Positions 11,151 through 19,329 of a stretch of DNA of 21,411 bases are shown here, in pieces. The stretch comes from Psammoneis japonica. Its lineage: Eukaryota. Each line of letters starts with the position of its first letter. Position 1 is the stretch's first letter. The notes below the pieces were generated by a model, which saw only the letters and a list, made by a program, of their open reading frames with translations, was not told the origin of the DNA and did not search any database. The stretch lies in NCBI GenBank assembly GCA_008632985.1, contig QPGO01000160.1, positions 124,001-145,411 of the forward strand, given 5' to 3'. The position numbers and the translations under genes are program-made.

Positions 11151-11830
11151 GCCTTGTTCATTGCCTTGCTGCTCCATTGTCTCCTGCCATGCTGTCTCAC
11201 AGTTCCATCCTGCTGAGAGGAGAAGCGTTGATGACCTGCACCATGTGTTTGGAAGAAGAGCATCCCGTTGCAGTCAATTGCTGCTTTTGGAACAAGGTGC
11301 CTCCCACCTGGCTTCAAAGGACACATGAAACATGTGCAGCCAAGAGCGCGAGCGCCAAGCATCAGCGTTGTCATCATCATTTGTTTCTGTCTGTCAGTGC
11401 TGCTCAATGAGAGGCTCCAGTTGTTGCTTTGTTGTTCACTGCTCACCCACCATCATTGCAACTCTGGCTGCTTTTTTCAGCGGGAGGTGTCGGCGCGTTT
11501 GCGCAACTCTGTGCCCGATCCATGAGAAACAGAGTGGTCAAAGTCGGCACTGAAGGGCATCTCATTCATGTCCAACCTCGAGAAATGGCGGTCGTCCCCG
11601 GGAATTGGAAAGGGTTTCTTACGGCAGTCTGAATAAGACAGTCTCAAATCAGGTGTTGTGTTTCTAACTGCTGTGTGTGTGAGATCGATTTTTGAAATTT
11701 TGATTTCTACGCCGATCGCGTAGCGCTTCGTCCTGTCTGGCCGTCGCAAATCTCCCTCCAAGACGCGTTCTGCATGATCGCGCTGGCGCGACACGACCAC
11801 TTCCAACTTGCATGCGGGAAGAAGACTCAT
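11150..11830 (-). pseudogene. Unknown gene starting at ATG 11830, disrupted by two in-frame TGA codons and running into the mutated TE block
   Basis: Seen: a CAA-rich leader (caacaacaaaaaacgcgaacaacgATG) and a 117-aa ORF. ORF 11054..11446 is in the same frame, separated by TGA at 11479-77 and 11455-53 in the context CGC TGA and TGA TGG TGG. Inference: these were CGA/CGG Arg codons. No family was recognised and the 3' end is uncertain. Confidence 0.45.
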
Positions 11831-11980
11831 CGTTGTTCGCGTTTTTTGTTGTTGAACTTGCAGGGAAACAAACGCAAAAACAATATATACCCCTCAAACC
11901 TTTGTATTGCGTTTATAATAGTCGTTAAGGTGTTTCAAAGTAAAAGGGAGTGAGAGAGATTTTCAGAGAAGGAGACGAAC

Positions 11981-12023
11981 GAGAGAGAGAGAGAGAGGAG
12001 GAGGAGAAGAAGAAGAAGAAGAA
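11981..12023 (+). repeat. Purine microsatellite (GA)n(GAG)n(GAA)n upstream of the LRR gene
   Basis: Seen directly, ~60 nt upstream of ATG 12083. Confidence 0.85.
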
Positions 12024-12082
12024 CTTCTGTAATTGAAATTGCTTGAAGAGTAAGAACAACAAAGAAAAAGAGGCGAAACATC

Positions 12083-14719
12083 ATGGCGGAAGAAAACGGC
12101 GATACCAGTGGCCGAAACAATTCAAGTAAGTCTTTGTAAACTCTTGACAATTGAATCGCAAGTGTAGTCGCCTAACGCCTCTCCCGCATAACTACCACCT
12201 TTTCTTCCCTTCTCTTCATAGCATCTCGCCGTACCAAAAACAAGAAGCATCATTCCTCACGTCAAGCTGACAATGGCGTAGGAGAGCAATCAGAATCTTC
12301 GAAAAAAAGAACTACTCCTTCTAGTCGCCGCCACACAAATGGCAACAGCAGCCACCGCCGCCGGAGCTCTTCCCCCGGTATTTTGCCAGTTAGTTCGTCT
12401 CGCAAGGTAATTGCGGTGGAAGATAAGCAGTCCAGCACATCACTGGATCAAGAGTTTTTGGCACAAGAATCCTTTACAGCAACGAGACAACGACAAGCAC
12501 GTACCAACGAGGACGCCAAGCTTCAATCCGTAATGGAGGACGATGTGGCGGCGAAAAAACGAGTCTCCAAAAGGAAAGCTCCGGCTGCAACAACACCGGG
12601 TGCAGTGGCTATGCACGCCGACTCATCGGACAATGCCGTGTTGCTTCAAAACATAATGGACGATGATGCCAAGAAACGAGCTGCAGGATCGCTTGGTCCG
12701 GCAACGACTGTCGTTTCTGAAAAGCAACGACGCAGTACTGGACCGGCGCTTGCTCCCGCAGTTGATTATGAAGAAGAACCTCAAGACGATGGTATGGAGG
12801 ACGAATATTACAGCAAGACCTTTGATTCGGATGATGACGATAAGATTGACCAAGACAAGGCTCCTGAAGAAGAACAATTGCAGCCCGAGCAACAGGTGGC
12901 ACACGGACGCGGGGTGGCGCCCGACTATCGGCACGTGGCGGAGGATGATGGACGCTTGGCGGTAGCCGTTGCCGTGGAAGACGACGAGGACAATGTTGAT
13001 TATATTCCTTCCGCTATTGAATACGACCCAGACGCCAAACCACCCCTCTACAAGAATCGACGATTCCAATTGTACGGAGCACTGGCTGCTTTGCTTCTCT
13101 TGGGCATTGTCGTGGGAGTCGTTGTAGGCGTACTGGTCGGCAGCGACACGTCACCCCGAACCCTGGCGCCCACGGCGACTCCCACCCTGATGCCAACGTC
13201 ACAAGAACGCGGTGAAATTGTGGAACGATTCGTGGCACTCGTGGGCAATGCTGTCCAACAGCCCGGCACACCGGAATTCATGGCGACGGATTGGATTTTA
13301 AATCAAGATCCCATGGGACTCAATGAAGACTCGGAGAATTTGACACAACGATTCTTGTTGGCACTCTTTTATTTCTTCACTACACAAACTTCTGATTGGC
13401 GTACCTGTGGGGCTCCTTCTTTAGATGAAGATGAGAATTGTATCTTTGATGTCTTGGGATTTGGCTTTGATTCAGACAGTCAATTCTATACCGGGATTCC
13501 CGCGATTCGATGGCTATCTGGCAAATCCGAATGTGAATGGATTGGAAGCATTTGTGACGATGTGGGCACAATTCGAGCCATTGACATGTGTGAGTCAATA
13601 ATCAAGAGTGCGAATGAATTGTGTTTTGTCTGTCTACTCATACGCTCACTGAATTCTGTCATTCAACTACACTTTGCGCAGGGGGCAATAACATTACCGG
13701 ACCACTCCCGCCGACGCTAGCCAAATTTCCATTCTTGCAAAGCATCTCCATGGCACATAATCAATTCACGGGAAGCATTCCAGAAGAGTACGCCAGTATG
13801 CGCCACCTTGCAAACTTTGAATTGCATTATAATGCCTTGACGGGAACGATATCTCCTTCCTTTTACGACGCCAATGCGCTACAGAATTTCAATGTCGCTA
13901 GCAATGATTTGGACGGACCGATTGAGGGTGCGCCAGGATTGACTATTGATATGTTGGAAGAGCTAAAAGGATTACATCTCTTTGACAATGACATTACGGG
14001 GAGCTTTCCAACCGGTATCGGCAATTTGAAGTTCCTATCATTTATGCGCATTTCGGATAATCAGTTTGACGAGCAGCCCATTCCAACGGAAATGGGACTG
14101 CTCACGTCTCTCCAGGAAATGTGGCTTGATGGCAACAAATTCAACAGCACAATTCCAATTGAATTGAGTACCATGGAGAAATTGAGTGAGTAACATTGTG
14201 CTGCGTGGTGTGTATTGGAGTGATTATGGTTGTAGTCGGAGGATACGCATCTAACTCAAAATCGGTTCACTCTATTTCATGTTTACAGCCGATTTGCGTG
14301 TCAACAACAATCGCCTCACGGGTCAAATTCCAGAGTCGCTCTATGAATTGACGGATTTGGTCTTGTTGTTTTTGGAAAAGAACCAACTCACGGGACCTCT
14401 CAGTCCTTCTGTAGGACGCTTGATTGACTTGGAACAACTCCGTTTACGAGAAAACTTGTTGTCAGGCGCCATACCGTCCGAGCTTGCACTTCTGTCCAAA
14501 ATGCTGCTAGTCTTTTTGCACCGCAACAAATTTGAGGGTGCCGTCCCGCAAGAGGTGTGTGCTAACGTTGGGTGTGGAAGGCTTCAGTTTGTAAATGCCG
14601 ATTGTGGAGGACCGACACCGCCCAATCCATGCGAGTGTTGCACCTCGTGCTGTGATCCCTTTGGAATCCCGCCAGGGGTTTGTCTTTCGACGAACTATTT
14701 GGATTGTCGGCGTGGCTAA
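12083..14719 (+). CDS. Single-pass membrane leucine-rich repeat (receptor-like, kinase-less) protein, 4 exons, ~781 aa
   Basis: Seen: exons 12083-12125, 12222-13589, 13682-14185 and 14289-14719. The introns are GTAAGT..TAG, GTGAGT..CAG and GTGAGT..CAG, and all splice in frame. The protein has a disordered N-terminus, a TM helix (LYGALAALLLLGIVVGVVVGVLV), a PT linker, an LRR N-cap (WLSGKSECEWIGSIC), plant-type LRRs (LxxNxLTGxIPxxL) and a Cys-rich C-cap (ADC..CECCTSCC). Confidence 0.92.
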
Positions 14720-15154
14720 GATTGACAACGTCAAGATTGTCGTGTGGCGGTTTTCATGTCGCAGCTGAGGCAAAAGTTGCTGCACTTGTGATTTATCGAA
14801 AATTAGCTGTTTTTTTTTCCCAGGATATCATTGTTGTGAAGAGTGGCCATGTTCCACCTGCTTTTCTCTTGGTCGTTGATTTCGTGGGTATGGTACTGGA
14901 GATGGTGGTGGCATACTCAGGAGGAAACAACGCTGCAACGCTTTACAAGCGACAAGCTCCTCCCCAACACGAATCCTCATAAATACATGGGCGTTGCTCT
15001 TTTGCAAATGTTAATAGGTACACATAGTGTTAATGAGACCGTGTGTTCATTCGAGACAGTAGTTAGCAACACTATTGCATAGATAGTTTTTGCATTCCGT
15101 TGGCGCATCTCCAGCGAGTTCAAAACAATCCGGAGTTACCGTCACAACATATAA

Positions 15155-16373
15155 CTATATTGAATCTTGTACAATCACAAATTCTTCTTCTGAATCACTG
15201 CAGCTACAAGAATACACGGCAATGGTACCCCAATCCATTCCGCCACCCGAATCGTGCAATTGTTTCACATCATCATTCAAAGTAGCAGTATCGGTTGGTG
15301 CATGCTTGTCGACGTGTAGCAAATGCAAGAGGGACGGCATGATTTGAAAATTAAAGTTGCGCTTCTTGTGACATTTGGGACACGATGGAATGACAAGGTT
15401 CTTGCTCTTTGGGATGGAACTAACATGCCATAGTACAACAAATAATGGTGAGAGTGTGATTAAATTAGTCCACACCAACGACAACAAATAACACAATAAC
15501 GTACATGGACCAAATGGGATTGCCCGAGCCCTGTCGAATCACATGATTGGGATAGAGCTTGACGTTTTTCATAAATCGATTCAAGGCTTGTTCATCACGA
15601 CCCACGGATTCATCCTTTTCTCGACAAGTAGTGGTCGCTCGTTGCTGTTGTTGCTTTCCATGCCCCAGTGCCGTCAATATTTCTTCATCGTCCTCTTGCT
15701 CCATGTACCGTGCCAGCATTTGTTGAATCTTGTCGTCATTTGTATTGGTAGTACTGTTATAGTCTTCGTCAAAGTCATAGGCTTGAATCGTCCAACAATC
15801 AAAGGAGTTTTTCGTGTCGGTTTTGTTGGCATTGTTTCTGTTTGACTCTGTCTGACTCTCGATGGGAACTTGCTTGTTGTTGTTATCCATTATTTGCTCC
15901 ATGGCCTTGACCATGGCTTCTAAATCCTTCTCCGTAGTATCATCGTTTTCATCATCACTCATGTCCCAATCATTATCATCCAATAAATCGTGTTGTTCTT
16001 GTCGTTGCGCAGTAGCTGGTTCCGCGTCATCGTTTGTTTCGTTCTTCTTTTTGTAGCCTTGTTTACAACGCAACGCACAATACACTCCACCACCACCCAA
16101 ACTAAACTTTGACTTGTCAAACAACGTCCGTGTACAAGAGGCCCGGTTGCATCCATAAACACTTGTCGTTGTTGTAACGTCGTCATCATTTACCAAAATG
16201 GAAACTATGTGGTGCATGCGTGCTTGACACACGGCGCAACTCGGTTGTCGTTGCAACGAAATACCACCAATAAAGGACCATGAACCTTCGACGATTTCAT
16301 CCATGTCACGGCATTTTGATAATGGTTCATAAAGGTAGACTTGTTGCTGTGGGTGATTGGTCGACGACGCCAT
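15155..16373 (-). CDS. PDCD2L: PDCD2-like / TSR4-like protein (PDCD2_C domain), 2 exons, ~377 aa
   Basis: Seen: exons 16373-15505 and 15419-15155, with an 85-nt intron GTACGT..TTAG that splices in frame. N-terminal motifs are FIGG..P.CAVC..M and VYGCNRASC. C-terminal motifs are P.HVIR..GNPIW, IPSCPKC..R.F.FQIMPSLL and MDWGTIAVYSC...EEFVIVQ, typical of PDCD2_C (knowledge). No MYND finger is present, hence PDCD2L rather than PDCD2. Confidence 0.88.
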
Positions 16374-16840
16374 GGCCACTCGTTTTTGTTCTTCTAGCTA
16401 TGGCGATATTTTTGGAAATTCAATGATATCATCGTTCTTGAAAGTACTATAATATCAAATTGAAGTACAACGGAAAAGAGGCCACAGTATTATTGAGATC
16501 AAGATAAATTTCGGAAACCCCTCGCATGCGAGACCATGACGTTCACATCACCGCGAGCGCTTTAGAAGTACTTTCGACTTTCATTATGCCGCCTACTAAA
16601 CACCAAAGCGCCGTACTTCTCCCGATCTACCCTGCTGCTATGAGGCAAATCCTTTAGCATGTCATCTGTCAATGGGAAGATCAATCGCATCCTTGTATCC
16701 TTGTACATGTCGTATACTTTGTCTCAGTTACAAATGGAAAGTGTGGTGCATAATGCATAAAGTGACAATCCCAGAAACGGTTTCCTTCCCTTTCTATACT
16801 CATCAAGCAGGCTAATGGCGTGATCCATCATGATGTCATA

Positions 16841-17150
16841 TTATTTATGCTTTTGGGGATTTCTCTAGAGTAATCTTGCGGTTTCGGGCAGTCTTCCAAC
16901 CTATCGTCTTTGAAAGATTCAAGGTCACTCGCATTTTCGTCCATCAAATCATAGAGGCATCATTGCCTTCCTTCCCACACCCAAGTCCCATGTTGAACGT
17001 TCCCAATTTCGGTTTTGCCAATCCACTCGGCAGCATAATCCGTGCAATCGAGTTTCGCAACACGACATGCCCCTTGTTTGCCGCATTGTCAAAGACACCA
17101 AGGGTCATTTTGAGCACTTTGTGAAGTAACGGTTCTGTTCCCTTTCTCTA
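16841..17150 (-). pseudogene. Possible decayed coding fragment
   Basis: Seen: one minus frame reads LLEKGNRTVTSQSAQNDPWCL*QCGKQGACRVAKLDCTDYAAEWIGKTEIGNVQHGTWVWEGRQ*CLYDLMDENASDLESFKDDRLEDCPKPQDYSREIPKKHK*. It is protein-like with two internal TGA. No family was recognised. Confidence 0.3.
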
Positions 17151-17802
17151 GTAGATATCAGTATGTCACATGCTTTCTACACTTTCAAAGGCTTTTGCTT
17201 CATCTACTAAAATGCATGCCCGGCATGTTTGTAATTGGCACATTTTCAAGATGCACAAAAAACAGTCGTGTTTAGAACAAGTCGACTGCCATGTGTGCCG
17301 AATGACGCTTTTCCATTTTGCAAGACCTGTGTTGTTTCTTTGAGTGCGTTCTGTAAGTGTAATAATATTTGCCCATGATTCGTCGTAGATCGCAATCAGC
17401 CGTTTGAGAGATTTTGTTTCGAATGAGGAACAATAATGACTCTCGGCGGTCATCGATTCTTGTTTTTTTGTGTTATTAATTCTGGGTTGTTTCAAACAGT
17501 TTAACGATGCTTGAAGTACTGTACTGATACTTGCGCTAAGGAATAACATTTTCACAAGGAAGTCTTCTAGAACAAAGTTCCTGGCATTGGGCTAGTTGTA
17601 TGACTACCGGCACCAAAGTGTTGGCGAAATAGTTCGTTTTCTCCCCAGACACTTTTTAGTAGTAGTGACTCATTTACGTGGGATTCCACAGGATAGGTAC
17701 GCGGGACTGCAGGGGACCAGAAATATCCGAAAACCTTCCATGCCCGGTCCCGCCTTTACATTTTTCACATTTGCTTCTCACAAATTCACATTCTTTGCAA
17801 TC

Positions 17803-18435
17803 ATGAAGCTCTCCGTCGTTGCTCTCTTTGCGCTTTCCCTTGCTTTCTACTCTGCTTCTGCAGAGGCTCTCAAGAGTGAAAGCCCTGGTGCTGTCACCAA
17901 AACGGGCGGGCTTCGAGGCTTATCCGAGCCAGCTGCAGAACCCGCGGAAGTGGTGGTCTACGAAGAAGAAAGCGAGGAAGAAAAGAAGCCCGCCAAGAAG
18001 GCTCATAAGAAGGGCAAGGGCAAGAAGAAAAAGAAGAAGCCCGCCAAGAAGGCCAAGAAGCCCGCCAAGAAGAAGCCTGCCAAGAAGAAGAAGAAGCCCG
18101 CCAAGAAGCCTCTCAAGCCGGCTCTTGCAGACAAGGTTGGCAGCTCCTCTAGCTCTTCCACAGGTACTCCTGGTGACTCTTCATCAGGTAGTACAGGCAA
18201 GCATCGTGTCAAGAAGGCTCACAAGCCGGCCCGATATGCAGGCGGTGACAGTGGCTCGTCTGGAAGCGCATCTAGTTCGTCTTCAGCAAGTGAAGGTGGT
18301 GATCCTGCCAAGCATCCTTACAAACCGGCACATGCAGGTGACGACAGTAGCTCCTCCTCTGGAAGTACCACGTACGGTGTCTCTTCTTCATCCGGTACTG
18401 TCTCGAAAACCCCTGGCGACTCTCACCCCTACTAG
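17803..18435 (+). CDS. Secreted Lys/Ser/Gly-rich low-complexity protein, silaffin-like (candidate biosilica or extracellular protein), 210 aa
   Basis: Seen: a signal peptide (MKLSVVALFALSLAFYSASAEA), GLRGL (an RXL motif), an acidic run, repeated KKPAKK (KxxK) and Ser/Gly blocks. Codon use is strongly AAG/GCC biased. Knowledge: signal peptide + RXL + KxxK + poly-Ser is the silaffin/cingulin pattern. The true start is taken as ATG 17803 rather than TTG 17596. Confidence 0.8.
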   Translation: MKLSVVALFALSLAFYSASAEALKSESPGAVTKTGGLRGLSEPAAEPAEVVVYEEESEEEKKPAKKAHKKGKGKKKKKKPAKKAKKPAKKKPAKKKKKPAKKPLKPALADKVGSSSSSSTGTPGDSSSGSTGKHRVKKAHKPARYAGGDSGSSGSASSSSSASEGGDPAKHPYKPAHAGDDSSSSSGSTTYGVSSSSGTVSKTPGDSHPY

Positions 18436-19329
18436 GCACGTGCTACCGTCGTGAAATTAGAAAATGCCATGTCGCTCGATTGGGTGTCTAGAAAATGATG
18501 CAACGCGACGTTGTTGGCAACATTGCAGAGGATGCGTCCTTATTTGCTTCAGTATGATACTACTAAAGCACGGTATATTATCAATGTCATGACAAGGTGT
18601 AGCGTTTACTTTAGCGTAGTTCTGATTGTTTTGTGTTGCTTTGTTTGAGGACGGTGGAGGACTTGAAGGAATGCTCCTCTGGTGGCAACAACTAGGATTT
18701 GTTGTGGAACTGGCGATCATAATTCCATAATTCGACTCCAAAAGAATGCCCGTAACCTTGCGATTCAATATAGTTGACTCTAAAGGAGTGAAAATTGTGC
18801 TTGCCAATTGGCATGAAATCATGGCCACATCATTTGTGACAGGAAGTAAGTTGCAAATTTTTCGACGGCTCACGATGACCAGAAAGGTGCAGATTAAATC
18901 ATAATTTCTTTTGATATCTCATCGGTACATTTTTGTTGTAAATTTGTTTTTGCTGAGGCAAGAATCTTTGTTTGTAGTGGCGGCGCCATTGTCGATCGTA
19001 GGCCGTACATTAAAATGAATGGAAAGCGTCCTCTCGCCAACTGAATTTGTGACCAACATTTTTCAATACATGAAAGATAATACGTGCCTGTATATATATA
19101 TTATATTCATCCTTGTGTTAGAAAGACATATAACAGTAGTATGACATTTTGGTACCTTCTACTCCGCAGAACTGGTCATGATAGACCACTACACGCTAGA
19201 CCAAATGCAGACCACGAATCTTCTTTAAATAAAATGACGTGGCAGATGAATCTTGCAACAATCTTATTTTGCATTTATGTTCATGAATGCCACAAAATAT
19301 ACTTTAACGCTTACTGTTCGCTCATAACG

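Larger units (their letters stand above)
2375..11619. other. TpA- and CpG-depleted, TpG/CpA-rich hypermutated domain 1
   Basis: Seen: only about nine TA dinucleotides by eye (~2702, 3975, 4706, 5132, 5866, 7314, 8578, 8931, 9097) in ~9.2 kb, versus more than ten in the single line 121-180. CpG is rare in the core. Confidence 0.95.

Noticed and set aside
2375..11619. Alternative genetic code, recoding or selenocysteine read-through as the cause of the missing TA and in-frame TGA
   Set aside because: The depletion is frame- and strand-independent and confined to TE zones. Host genes here use TAA, TAG and Tyr normally.
2375..11619. Classical fungal RIP
   Set aside because: RIP raises TpA and AT content and depletes CpA/TpG. 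The opposite is seen here.
2284..11632. Dozens of long overlapping ORFs in all six frames, rich in Cys, His, Trp and Gln
   Set aside because: By-product of TpA loss, which removes TAA/TAG stops and Tyr codons. They are not genes or metal-binding proteins.
12383..14719. Three separate genes as suggested by the ORF track
   Set aside because: Canonical introns join them in frame into a single LRR gene starting at 12083.
17803..18435. Histone H1
   Set aside because: The KKPAKK repeats resemble H1 tails, but there is a signal peptide and no globular winged-helix domain.
17819..18454. Arg/Pro-rich 211-aa overlapping ORF (and antisense 18003..18212)
   Set aside because: Shadow frames of the repetitive Lys-rich gene.
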